NCBI GenBank assembly: GCA_036845805.1
Contig: DAIUDD010000001.1
Span: forward strand, 103,594-167,593
Length of the DNA: 64,000 nt
From: Patescibacteria group bacterium
GTDB lineage: Bacteria > Patescibacteriota > Patescibacteriia > UBA2196
Direction of reading: 5' to 3'
Made by a program: the position numbers and the translations under genes. Within the stretch, counting starts at the first letter, position 1, and each line of letters starts with the position of its first letter. The notes under the pieces were generated by a model. It had not been told where the DNA came from and made no database searches. It was given only the letters and a program-made list of their open reading frames with translations. Below, in pieces: positions 8,024 through 17,708 of this stretch.

Positions 8024-8121
8024 GTTATATCAGAATTTTAATTTTGTTTAACAAGATTAATAGTCTTTCATAATTAAATCTTAATTGTCCATTTTAAGTA
8101 ATATGTGGATTATCTAAAATT

Positions 8122-8883
8122 ATGTTGCTTATTAGGCGAGCATTAGTATATTTTTTAAATTTATTAAACTTATTTTTATTTTATTTAATTTTTAAAAAAC
8201 CCGAGTTTATATATTATGGCTCGATTATTTTATTATTTAGCACCGTTTTAATTAACGAATTAGTTATTGGTCGGCAAGAAAAAATAAAAGAAAAATTTTG
8301 GTTTTACGGCTGGTTTTATGTTTTTTGGTTTAGTGGCATTTCCTTTTTGCTAATTTTAGAAAGTTTATATTTTAAATATTTATTATTTTTTTTATTAGCG
8401 GTGATTTCTTTCTTTTACTGCCAAGCCATTTGGTATTATTATCACCTTAAAGATCAATATCAGCCCCATACCTTAGTTTATGTTTTTAATTATAGCTCTT
8501 TAATAAGCCTTTTCTTTTTAACGGTTTCTGGTTTTGCCTTTGATGTTTTTTTGAGTAAAAATTTTTGGCTGGCGCCTTTAATTATTAGTTTTTTGGCCAT
8601 ATTTATTTTTGCTCAAAATATGTGGTTTAATAAACTAGATTATAAAGAAAAAAAGAGAGACCTGTTGATTGTTTGGTTATTATTTACCGAATTAATTTTA
8701 ATTTTTTCTTGGTGGCCAATCAGTTATTATGTTAAAGCCGGTTTGGTTGCAATTAGTTATTTTTTAATCACTAATTTTTTAATTTCTCGTTCAGTTAAAG
8801 ATTCGCGTTCCATTTCTTGGTATCATTTATTAATTATTTTTATTACTATTATTATACTTTTATTAACTGCCCGTTGGTATTAA
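8122..8883 (+). CDS. Hypothetical polytopic membrane protein
   Basis: About 8 hydrophobic segments rich in F/W/Y. No recognisable motif. Confidence 0.45.
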   Translation: MLLIRRALVYFLNLLNLFLFYLIFKKPEFIYYGSIILLFSTVLINELVIGRQEKIKEKFWFYGWFYVFWFSGISFLLILESLYFKYLLFFLLAVISFFYCQAIWYYYHLKDQYQPHTLVYVFNYSSLISLFFLTVSGFAFDVFLSKNFWLAPLIISFLAIFIFAQNMWFNKLDYKEKKRDLLIVWLLFTELILIFSWWPISYYVKAGLVAISYFLITNFLISRSVKDSRSISWYHLLIIFITIIILLLTARWY

Positions 8884-8884
8884 T

Positions 8885-10111
8885 ATGAGCAAAAAAATTT
8901 TTATTTCAAAAAAAATTAAAAGTCATGATTCAGTTGAAAGTAAATCAATTCCAGAAAACATTAACAATGATTCTTGGGAGGAGTATTATCGTTCTAATAA
9001 TCTAATTAAACCAGCACCAACTTCTACCAAGACCATGGTTATTAGTTTAGTAATCGCTGTTTTTTTCGGTTTTCTATCTGGTTTCTTATCAGTGTTGCTT
9101 TTTTTATCTGGTTCTTTTTCTCAATCCAAAATATTTTCTTGGTTGGACATTAATTCACTTTTACCCACCGCCAATGTACTTATTGAAAGACAAGAACAAA
9201 CCACGGTTATTGAAGACGAGCGAATAAAAGAAGTCGCTGAAGCGATTGCCCCGACCGTTGCCAGTATTTTAAATGTCAAAAAACAAAGTGGCAAACCAGA
9301 ACAAGATTTCTATCAACCAAGTGATTTTGTGGCTAATGCTTTTGTTTTAACAAGTGACGGTTGGTTAGTAACCGGAAACGAAGGAATTTCTTCAGTCGGC
9401 AAATATCTGGTGTTGATTAATAATAAAATTTTACCAGTAGAAAATATTAAATTAGATAGTGATTTGGGGCTTGTTTTTTTAAAAGTTAAAGCCGAAAATT
9501 TAATGGTTAGTTCTTTTGGTAAATTTTCTGAAGCACGTTTTGGCGAGAGAATTCTTCTCTGGTCTGGTATGGAAGGATACAATAAAAAACTTTTAGTTTC
9601 ACGTTTGGGTGCCAATCGATTAGTATTTGATAAAAAAAATATTTTTTCTAGCGAAAAGCCATATTTATTTTTTGCGCCATCTTTTGAGCTTAATCAAGAG
9701 CTTGCTAATCTGCCCGTTTTTAATTTAAACAAAGATTTTATTGGTTTATTTAATAATAGAAATATTCCTTATATTATTCCCGCCGAATATATTAAAAAGT
9801 CATTAACTCAAATTATTGCTTTGGGCGATGTTAAACCAACCTATTTGGGGATTGAGTTTATAGATTTATCTATTTCTAACGTTGCTGGCTATCAAAGCGG
9901 TGGCGCTTTAATTACTGCGCTAAAAAAGGATTCACCTCTTTTTTCACAAGCTACTCTGGGTGATGTGGTTGTCAAAATCGGTGAGGACCTAATTAATCAA
10001 AATAATAGTTTAACTAATATTTTGCAAATTTATCGTCCCGGGGATAAAGTAAAATTTACTCTTAGGACCAAAGAAGGTATAGAAAAAATTATCGACGTCG
10101 AATTAAAATAA
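8885..10111 (+). CDS. Membrane-anchored trypsin-like (HtrA-family) domain protein with C-terminal PDZ domain; catalytic triad apparently degenerate
   Basis: N-terminal TM. Central region aligns loosely to S1C protease but lacks the His and GNSGGP motifs. C-terminus GGALITALKKDSPLFSQATLGDVVVKIGED...PGDKVKFTLR is PDZ-like. Confidence 0.45.
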   Translation: MSKKIFISKKIKSHDSVESKSIPENINNDSWEEYYRSNNLIKPAPTSTKTMVISLVIAVFFGFLSGFLSVLLFLSGSFSQSKIFSWLDINSLLPTANVLIERQEQTTVIEDERIKEVAEAIAPTVASILNVKKQSGKPEQDFYQPSDFVANAFVLTSDGWLVTGNEGISSVGKYLVLINNKILPVENIKLDSDLGLVFLKVKAENLMVSSFGKFSEARFGERILLWSGMEGYNKKLLVSRLGANRLVFDKKNIFSSEKPYLFFAPSFELNQELANLPVFNLNKDFIGLFNNRNIPYIIPAEYIKKSLTQIIALGDVKPTYLGIEFIDLSISNVAGYQSGGALITALKKDSPLFSQATLGDVVVKIGEDLINQNNSLTNILQIYRPGDKVKFTLRTKEGIEKIIDVELK

Positions 10112-10115
10112 TTTT

Positions 10116-11024
10116 ATGAAAATAAAAATCAAAGATTTTTTTTGGCCGCATCCCGCTAATAATTATCGGCCACACGCTGTGCGACATAAAAATTTGTTTT
10201 ATTATTCTGTTTTCCTTATCGCGGTCAAGGCTATTATTTTTATTTTATTATTTTTTTCTTATCCCAATCCCGCGGAATTTTCTACCATTACTGCAAATCG
10301 AATTATCGAATTAACTAATAAAGAGCGGCAAAATAATAATCTATCCCTTTTAAAACACAATTCAACCCTAGATTTGGCTGCGCAAAAAAAAATTAACGAT
10401 ATGTTAAAAAATAATTATTTTGCGCACACTTCTCCCGCCGGAATTAAGCCCTGGCAATGGTTTAAGGAGGCAGATTATAATTATACTTTTGCTGGCGAAA
10501 ATCTTGCTATGAATTTTATTGAAGCCGAAGACGTGGTTACGGCGTGGATGGATTCACCCACTCATCGTGATAATATTGTTTCTCCTAATTATGAAGATAT
10601 TGGCATTGCCGTGGCGGTCGGTCAAATTAATGGACAAGAAACAACGCTTGTCGTTCAGCTTTTTGGTAAATCCTATGCCCAAGTGGCTGGTGAGTCTTTT
10701 GCTCCCACCTCTCCACCAATTGAATCAGAAAAAGTGACTGGTCCACTTAACATAATGGAAAGGGCCGCTGAGCAGGAGGTAAGGTTAGAGAAAAAGCACC
10801 ATTCTGGTTTAGTGGCTCAAATTGTTTATTATGGTGAAAAAATATTTTTAGTATTTTTAGGATTTATTATTTTAAATTTAATTTTAACCATTATGGTCCG
10901 TATCGAAGTACAGCACCGCCCAGTAATTTTGCATTGTCTTTTTGTAATTCTTCTCACCCTCTCTATGATTATGATCAAATTTCATTTTATCGAAAATCTA
11001 ACTCAAGCCATTAGTATTATTTAA
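10116..11024 (+). CDS. CAP (SCP/PR-1-like) domain protein, membrane anchored
   Basis: NYFAHTSP...GENLA...WMDSPTHRDNIVSPNYEDIGIAV is the CAP/YkwD signature. TM helices at both ends. Confidence 0.7.
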   Translation: MKIKIKDFFWPHPANNYRPHAVRHKNLFYYSVFLIAVKAIIFILLFFSYPNPAEFSTITANRIIELTNKERQNNNLSLLKHNSTLDLAAQKKINDMLKNNYFAHTSPAGIKPWQWFKEADYNYTFAGENLAMNFIEAEDVVTAWMDSPTHRDNIVSPNYEDIGIAVAVGQINGQETTLVVQLFGKSYAQVAGESFAPTSPPIESEKVTGPLNIMERAAEQEVRLEKKHHSGLVAQIVYYGEKIFLVFLGFIILNLILTIMVRIEVQHRPVILHCLFVILLTLSMIMIKFHFIENLTQAISII

Positions 11025-11036
11025 TTTTTTATTATT

Positions 11037-12365
11037 ATGATTAACAGAGAACAGGATTATGTTTTTCCCAAGGATTTTCTTTGGGGCACTGCCACTTCCG
11101 CTCATCAAGTAGAGGGTGATAATTTTAATAGTGATTGGTGGCAATGGGAAGAAAAAATGAAAGGAAGGGTTTTGCCAGTGGCAGAAAAAAAATATCAAAA
11201 TAAAAAATTTGTGCCTTCTGGTAAGGCCTGCGATCATTATTATCGTTATGAAGAAGATTTTGATTTGCTGGAAAAAATGGGCAACAATTCTTATCGGTTA
11301 TCTATTGAGTGGGCGCGCCTAGAACCAAAACCAGGTCTCTTTGACGAGCAGCAATTAAATCATTATCAGCAGGTTTTAAAAGACTTAAAAAGAAGAAATA
11401 TTAAGGTTATGTTAACCTTAAATCACTTTACTTTGCCAAATTGGTTAGCCCTGCATGGTGGTTGGACCAGTTTTAAAGCTCCATATTATTTTACCCGCTA
11501 TGTTACATATATTGCTAAAACCCTAGGTCAATTGGTAGATTTATGGATTACCATTAATGAACCAGAAATTTATATTGATATGTGTTATTTAAAGGGTTTT
11601 TGGCCGCCACAAAAAAAAGATATCAAGAAAGCCGTCTTGGCTTATTTAAACATGGCCCGTGCTCACAAAAAAACTTATAAATTGTTACATCAAACTTTAG
11701 ACCGGCCAGAAAAAAAAGTTCAAGTTGGTTTTGCTATGAATGTTATGTCTTTTGCTTCTTATAAAAAACATAATTTTTGGGAATTATTTTATGTTCACGC
11801 CGCTGATCGCATTATCAATCATTCTTTTTATGATTTGACCAAAAAAACACACGATTTTCTTGGTGTTAATTATTATTTTAGAGTCCGTCTTAAACAGGCA
11901 GAAAATAGTCTTTTACCTACTCAAGATGAGGTTAAAGAAGAAGAGAGCGAATTAACCGACATGGGTTGGGTTGTTTATCCACACGGAATTTTTGATGTTT
12001 TAATGGATTTTAAAGACTTTAATTTGCCAATTTATATCACCGAAAATGGCATTGCTACCGAACATGACGAGCAGCGTGTTAATTTTATTATTAATCATTT
12101 AGTAGAAATTCATCACGCCATCAGTGCCGGTGTTGATGTGCGCGGTTATTATCACTGGTCTTTGCTTGATAATTATGAATGGGACAAGGGCTTTGGTCCA
12201 AAATTTGGCTTAGTGGCGGTTGATCATCGTTCTCAAATCAGAACTCCCAAAATTAGTTATTACATCTATCAAAAGATATGCAAAAAAAATTGCATCTCAA
12301 AAGATTTAATGAAAAAAATTTGCCAAAATAATACAATTACCAAAGAATTAATTAAAAAATTATGA
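11037..12365 (+). CDS. Glycoside hydrolase family 1 beta-glucosidase
   Basis: FLWGTATSAHQVEG N-terminal signature, TINEP catalytic acid and ITENG nucleophile motifs. Carries an unusual Lys-rich repeated C-terminal tail. Confidence 0.85.
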   Translation: MINREQDYVFPKDFLWGTATSAHQVEGDNFNSDWWQWEEKMKGRVLPVAEKKYQNKKFVPSGKACDHYYRYEEDFDLLEKMGNNSYRLSIEWARLEPKPGLFDEQQLNHYQQVLKDLKRRNIKVMLTLNHFTLPNWLALHGGWTSFKAPYYFTRYVTYIAKTLGQLVDLWITINEPEIYIDMCYLKGFWPPQKKDIKKAVLAYLNMARAHKKTYKLLHQTLDRPEKKVQVGFAMNVMSFASYKKHNFWELFYVHAADRIINHSFYDLTKKTHDFLGVNYYFRVRLKQAENSLLPTQDEVKEEESELTDMGWVVYPHGIFDVLMDFKDFNLPIYITENGIATEHDEQRVNFIINHLVEIHHAISAGVDVRGYYHWSLLDNYEWDKGFGPKFGLVAVDHRSQIRTPKISYYIYQKICKKNCISKDLMKKICQNNTITKELIKKL

Positions 12366-13630
12366 GATATCTAATCCAAAAGGTATTATATTTTTTTAGT
12401 AAAGCAATCTTAAAAAAATATCACCCCGATGTTATTGGTGTCACTGGTTCTGTCGGTAAAACTTCAGCTAAAGAGGCTATCCACACCGTCTTAAAAAATA
12501 AATATAACACTAGAACTAATTTAAAAAATTATAATACTGAATTTGGCGTGCCACTGACTATTATCAATTCACCCTCTGGGCAACATAACCCCTTTAAGTG
12601 GCTGATTATTTTTTTAAAAGCCCTTTTTTTAATTTTATTTAAAACCAAAAAATATCCCGATGTTTTAGTGTTGGAAATGGCCGCCGATCACCCCGGTGAT
12701 ATTGCCTATTTGGCCAAATTAACTCAACCGCATTTGGGCGTAATTACCGCCATTGGTCCAAGCCATTTAGAATTTTTTAACACCATTGAAGAGGTGATTA
12801 AAGAAAAAGAAACTTTAATCCGTTTTTTAAAAACAGATGACTGGGCCATCTTAAATAATGATGATAGTTTGGTTATCGGTATGAAAAAAAATACTACTGC
12901 GAAAATTTTTACTTTTGGTTTAACTTCCGCCGCAAATATCCGCGCAGAAAAGGTGAATTTTGAAAAAGATGGCAGCGGCGTCATGGCTGAAATAATTTGT
13001 GCCGGCGAAAGCAATTTTGCCAGTTTTAAAAACGTTCTTTCTACCAGCCAACTAGATTCTTTTTTAATTGCTCTTTCGGTTGGTAAAATTTATGGCATTC
13101 CTTTAAGCGAGGCAGTTGATAGTTTGCGTGATTTTAGTTTTCCGCCCGGTCGCCTTAATTTAATAAAAGGTATCAAAAATACCACTCTTATTGATGATAC
13201 TTACAATTCTTCTCCCAAGGCCGTTAAAGTTGCTTTGAGTGTTTTATCGCGCCTTTCTTGTTCTAATCGGCGCTGGGCTGTTTTAGGTGACATGTTAGAA
13301 CTTGGCAGTCTAACTGAATCTGCCCACGAAGAAGTGGGGGAGTGGGTTAAACAATTTAAGGTTGATATATTGGTGACTGTGGGAGAAAAATCAAAAGATA
13401 CGGCCAAAATAGCCGAGATTAATGGTTTATCACGAGAAAAAGTTTTAAGCTTTAATAATAGCATAGAGGCGGGAAAATTTTTACAAAACGAAATCATGAC
13501 TGGCGATGTTATTTTAGTGAAAGGTTCACAAGGCATGCGCATGGAGAAAATTGTCAAAGAATTAATGGGGGAACCCCTGCGTGCTAAAGAATTACTGGTT
13601 CGACAAGAAGATTATTGGTTAAAAAAATAA
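12362..13630 (+). CDS. murF: UDP-N-acetylmuramoyl-tripeptide--D-alanyl-D-alanine ligase (MurF), N-terminal domain absent
   Basis: GVTGSVGKTS P-loop, NYNTEFGVPLT (MurF-specific), C-terminal GDMLELG. Protein starts directly at the ATP-binding domain. Confidence 0.75.
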   Translation: MRYLIQKVLYFFSKAILKKYHPDVIGVTGSVGKTSAKEAIHTVLKNKYNTRTNLKNYNTEFGVPLTIINSPSGQHNPFKWLIIFLKALFLILFKTKKYPDVLVLEMAADHPGDIAYLAKLTQPHLGVITAIGPSHLEFFNTIEEVIKEKETLIRFLKTDDWAILNNDDSLVIGMKKNTTAKIFTFGLTSAANIRAEKVNFEKDGSGVMAEIICAGESNFASFKNVLSTSQLDSFLIALSVGKIYGIPLSEAVDSLRDFSFPPGRLNLIKGIKNTTLIDDTYNSSPKAVKVALSVLSRLSCSNRRWAVLGDMLELGSLTESAHEEVGEWVKQFKVDILVTVGEKSKDTAKIAEINGLSREKVLSFNNSIEAGKFLQNEIMTGDVILVKGSQGMRMEKIVKELMGEPLRAKELLVRQEDYWLKK

Positions 13631-13640
13631 TTTTATTTTT

Positions 13641-15371
13641 GTGTCAGAATTAAGTTTTACTACCATAAATATCATTGTTTTAACAAAAGTAATTTTATTT
13701 ATTTTTGTTTTTTTGTTACTTTTCTTAATTTATAAAAAAAATAATAAACCATGGTGTTATTTATTATTAATTACCATTGTTATCTTTGTTTTTTATTTAG
13801 TTTTTAGTTACCCACTTAAAAAAATGCTCTGGGGTAATAGTGGCGATGAAACTTATATTTTTACATTTTTAAAGCAAGTTATGGCCGGTAATTATTTTTC
13901 TGATTTTTATTATGGCTGGCTTCCTCCGTTTTATCCACCCTTATATTTTTGGATCACAGGAACTATTGCTCATTTTTTTACTAATAATGGCATTGTAGCT
14001 GCAAAAATTGGAGTTCTAGGAACAGTAGTTATTTTTTTTATAGGTTCATATCTGTGGCAAAAATTTTTTTATCAAAAAATAAATCAAAATAATTACGAAT
14101 CAGAAGACAACTTGGATTCTTTTCATAAATCCCCATGGTTTTGGATGTTATTGCCATGCATTTTTTTTATATTATTAGATTTTGATATTTTTATTTTTAA
14201 ACCTTATGAAGTTGTTACCGCTTTATTTTCTGTAATTTTTGTTGGATTTTTATATTTAAATTTTTTTAGTAAAAAATGGCACCCCAAATTTTTTTTATTT
14301 TCTATTATAAGTGGAGGTATTTTGTTTTTAACTTACTACTTTTGGTGGTTTATTTTAATTCCAGTTATTTTATTTTTAATTTATTTATCCTCTGATAAAA
14401 TTAAAAATTTAAAAAGAATTATAATTACTGGTATTGGCATTTTTATTCTAAGTAGTATTTTTTTAATTCCTTTACTTTTATCTCTTTTAAGGGGTGGAAT
14501 AGAAAACGGGCAGGCTGGATTTTTTATTCCTCAAGATTTATCAACTTATGTTCCTTGGATTACAACGTCTTTTTGGGGGAGCTCATTTTTTATATTTGGT
14601 ATTTTTGGTTTAATAAAATTTTCTTCCCAAAAATTGGTTAAATCGAGTTTGTATATATTTATAATGTGTTATTTATACCAGTTTATTAATCTTATTTATT
14701 TTTTAATTTATCATAAAACTTTTTTGGCCGCTAAATCATTTCCCATACTATCTGCGGCTTGTTTGTCTATTGGCGCTGCTTATTTAATTAATTATTTATA
14801 TAACATAACCATAAAAAAATATCGGCAAATGGATAGAATGATATTAATTTTAGTGATAATTATTATTTCAATTTTACCCTTAGTAAAATTTATTGATGAC
14901 CCCATAGTTCGAGCTCAAATAGATAAAGATTTAATTCCTAATAGAAATTCTTACTTAGTTGAAATTATTAAAAATATTACTGACTATAATAAAAAAATTT
15001 GGCTTTCTGGCAGTGTTGGTGATTTATCAGCATTTTTATCCTTATCATATTATGTTTCTTATAGTCAACATTTTAGTCACCCGGCTGCTTTTTATTCAAA
15101 GAGAATAATATTTATTAAGCAGCTGGCTAATACGTCAAACGGAGATGAATTTTATCAGCTGATAGTTCAGCAATCTCAGCCATTGATAACTGGTTTAATA
15201 TTGTATAAAAATAATTCAGATTTAAATAACTATTACCTTTATTTTAATGTAGATAATTTTCCTAACGGAGTCAAAGAATTAATTATAAAATTTAATAAAG
15301 ATTTAGTTAGCGAAAAATATTGGCAAAAAGAATATGAAGATAGTCGAATAACTATTTTTACTTTAAAATAA
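13641..15371 (+). CDS. GT-C fold membrane glycosyltransferase (PMT/ArnT-like, GT39/GT83-type)
   Basis: About 12 TM helices. First loop has GDETY ... FYPPLYFW (DE...hPPL motif pair of polyprenyl-P-sugar-dependent GT-C enzymes). Confidence 0.55.
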   Translation: MSELSFTTINIIVLTKVILFIFVFLLLFLIYKKNNKPWCYLLLITIVIFVFYLVFSYPLKKMLWGNSGDETYIFTFLKQVMAGNYFSDFYYGWLPPFYPPLYFWITGTIAHFFTNNGIVAAKIGVLGTVVIFFIGSYLWQKFFYQKINQNNYESEDNLDSFHKSPWFWMLLPCIFFILLDFDIFIFKPYEVVTALFSVIFVGFLYLNFFSKKWHPKFFLFSIISGGILFLTYYFWWFILIPVILFLIYLSSDKIKNLKRIIITGIGIFILSSIFLIPLLLSLLRGGIENGQAGFFIPQDLSTYVPWITTSFWGSSFFIFGIFGLIKFSSQKLVKSSLYIFIMCYLYQFINLIYFLIYHKTFLAAKSFPILSAACLSIGAAYLINYLYNITIKKYRQMDRMILILVIIIISILPLVKFIDDPIVRAQIDKDLIPNRNSYLVEIIKNITDYNKKIWLSGSVGDLSAFLSLSYYVSYSQHFSHPAAFYSKRIIFIKQLANTSNGDEFYQLIVQQSQPLITGLILYKNNSDLNNYYLYFNVDNFPNGVKELIIKFNKDLVSEKYWQKEYEDSRITIFTLK

Positions 15372-15390
15372 AATTTATATTAGTTTATTT

Positions 15391-16284
15391 ATGATTAAAA
15401 TTAATAAATATAAAGTTGAATTTTTTTTATTTTTATTAACTTTAATTAGCCGTCTTCCTTTTGTTTCTAAAATTTTATATAGTTGGGATGCGGTTCAGTT
15501 GTCTTTAGCTCTTAAGCATTTTGATCTTGCCCAACACCAACCGCATCCGCCCGGTTATATTTTGTATGTCGCTTTGGGAAAAATTTTTAATTTTATATTT
15601 TTTAACGTTAATACCGCCTATGTTATTCTCAGTATTATTATTTCTGCGTTAGCTGTAATTATTTTTTATAATTTTTTAAAATTACTTTTGGATGATCAAA
15701 AATCATCTTTTTTTATTAGTTTGATATTAATTTTTAATCCCTATTTTTGGTTTTACGGCGAAGTTGCCTCCACATATATTTTTGACGCCTTATTCTCCAT
15801 AATATTTGCTTATTTAACTCTGTTAATTATTAAAGAAAATAAGCTTAAATATTTTTATCTTTTTACCTGTTTTTTAGCAGTTTCTGGTGGTTTTCGGCAA
15901 AGTTTATTATTTTTATTTTTTCCTTTGTGGATTTATGCTTTAATAATTTTATTAAAAAACAATAAAATAAGTTTAAAACAAATTTTTATAAATATTGGAT
16001 TAGGCATCTCTTTTGTTTTAATTTGGTTTTTACCGTTAATTTATCTATCCGATGGTTGGACCACTTATTGGCAAGTAACCAATTGGCAATTATCACACGC
16101 TTCACAAGAAACTTCCATATTTTATGGAGTCGCCTGGAAAAATATCTTTATTAATTTAAGGCACATCATAAAAATCACTTTTATTTCATTAAACGTTTGT
16201 CTGTTAGTGCCGCTGTTATTGTTTTGTTCAAAAATAAAAAATAATTTTAACAAAAATTTTAATTATCAGATTATTTATTTATAA
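15391..16284 (+). CDS. GT-C fold membrane glycosyltransferase, N-terminal portion (probable frameshifted gene together with 16347..16991)
   Basis: SWDAVQLSLALKHFDLAQHQPHPPGYILYV carries the D...HPP loop motif. The ORF ends where the 16347 ORF's frame opens (nt 16263). Confidence 0.5.
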   Translation: MIKINKYKVEFFLFLLTLISRLPFVSKILYSWDAVQLSLALKHFDLAQHQPHPPGYILYVALGKIFNFIFFNVNTAYVILSIIISALAVIIFYNFLKLLLDDQKSSFFISLILIFNPYFWFYGEVASTYIFDALFSIIFAYLTLLIIKENKLKYFYLFTCFLAVSGGFRQSLLFLFFPLWIYALIILLKNNKISLKQIFINIGLGISFVLIWFLPLIYLSDGWTTYWQVTNWQLSHASQETSIFYGVAWKNIFINLRHIIKITFISLNVCLLVPLLLFCSKIKNNFNKNFNYQIIYL

Positions 16285-16346
16285 TCTGGCTAATACCATC
16301 ATATTTTGTTTATATTTTTATTCATTTTGGAAATTCCGGTTATTTA

Positions 16347-16991
16347 ATGACCGTCTCCCTTGGCTTGCTTATTATGTTTTGCGCTCCTTTACATTTTGTT
16401 TTTAATAACAAAACATTTTTTAAAAAAATAGTTTATAGTTTAATAATTATAATCAGTGTCTCAAGCTTTTTATTCTTTGATTCAAATTTTATTATACCAA
16501 ACAAATATTTAAATTTTTTATCCCACGAATATAATTATCATTTTATTTTAAATTTTGATAAAAAAATTGAACTCCTAGTTAAAAAAATACGGGAATATGA
16601 TGCCCAAAAGACGATCCTGGTGGTCGAAAATGGTTTTAAATATCGCCCTGTAAATTTGAGTGGCGAGTGGCGAGCTAGTACATATAAATATTTTAGACAC
16701 ATCGAATACTATCTACCAGACTATAAGTTATATGAAATATTTTGGAATGAGCCATTAAGGTATTTTTATCTCAGCAACTATTCTCCTCTTAAAATCAATT
16801 ATTCAAACAAAATTAAAATTAATGCTGATGTCGATAAAATGATAATTATCTCCGATAATATCGATCAAGATTTTATAAAAGAAAGTTTAATTCAAGAGTT
16901 AAGTTTAGATGATAATATAAAGTTATTTATAATTGATTTTGCTAATAAAAAAGAAATAAGATATTATAAATACGAATTTATTAAAGAATAA
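16347..16991 (+). CDS. C-terminal portion of the same GT-C glycosyltransferase (frame opens at 16263, overlapping the stop of the 15391 ORF)
   Basis: Upstream extension of this frame (LSDYLFIIWLIPSYFVYIFIHFGNSGYL) is hydrophobic and continuous with TM topology. Homopolymer-rich junction. Confidence 0.45.
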   Translation: MTVSLGLLIMFCAPLHFVFNNKTFFKKIVYSLIIIISVSSFLFFDSNFIIPNKYLNFLSHEYNYHFILNFDKKIELLVKKIREYDAQKTILVVENGFKYRPVNLSGEWRASTYKYFRHIEYYLPDYKLYEIFWNEPLRYFYLSNYSPLKINYSNKIKINADVDKMIIISDNIDQDFIKESLIQELSLDDNIKLFIIDFANKKEIRYYKYEFIKE

Positions 16992-16994
16992 AAT

Positions 16995-17708
16995 ATGTCA
17001 ATCTACATAGTTATCCCCACTTACAATGAAAAAGAAAACTTGCCTAATTTAGTTGCGGTAATTGCCGAAAATTTAAAGAATTATCAATATCAGATTTTAA
17101 TTGTTGACGATAATTCACCCGACGGCACCGGCCAAATTGCCGAAAATTTAAAAGAAAAATATCCAGTGGAAGTTTTGCATCGCAGCGGCAAATTAGGCAT
17201 TGGTTCCGCCTATATTGCCGGCTTTAAACAAGCGCTCAAATCTGGTGCTGATTTAATTTTCGAAATGGATGCCGATTTTTCCCATCGCCCCGAAGATTTG
17301 CCTCGCATGATAGAAGCCGCCAAAGAATCAGATATGGTCATTGGTTCTAGAAAAATAAAAGGCGGGCGGGTTGTTGGTTGGAATTGGCGTCGCCATTTTT
17401 ATTCCAATGGCGCGATGTTTGTAGCGCGATTATTTTTAGGCCTTAAGACCCATGATGTTACTGCTGGTTTTCGGTGTTATAAAAAAGAAGTTTTACAAAA
17501 AATAAATTTAGATTCTATTCAATCCAACGGTTATGCTTTTCAGGAAGAAATGTTATATCGAGTGGAAAAAGCTGGTTTTATTGTAAAAGAAGTTCCAGTC
17601 GTTTTTCCTGATCGTCGTCTCGGTCAATCAAAATTAAATAAAAAAGATATTATTGAATTTTTTAAAACAATTTTTAGATTGAGATTTAATCTGCATGTCA
17701 AATATTAA
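16995..17708 (+). CDS. Polyprenol/dolichol-phosphate mannosyltransferase-like GT2 (Dpm1/Ppm1 family)
   Basis: IVIPTYNEKENL...ILIVDDNSPDGTGQIAENL...GSAYIAGFK...EMDADFSHRPEDL is the classic DPM-synthase GT2 pattern. Confidence 0.8.
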   Translation: MSIYIVIPTYNEKENLPNLVAVIAENLKNYQYQILIVDDNSPDGTGQIAENLKEKYPVEVLHRSGKLGIGSAYIAGFKQALKSGADLIFEMDADFSHRPEDLPRMIEAAKESDMVIGSRKIKGGRVVGWNWRRHFYSNGAMFVARLFLGLKTHDVTAGFRCYKKEVLQKINLDSIQSNGYAFQEEMLYRVEKAGFIVKEVPVVFPDRRLGQSKLNKKDIIEFFKTIFRLRFNLHVKY

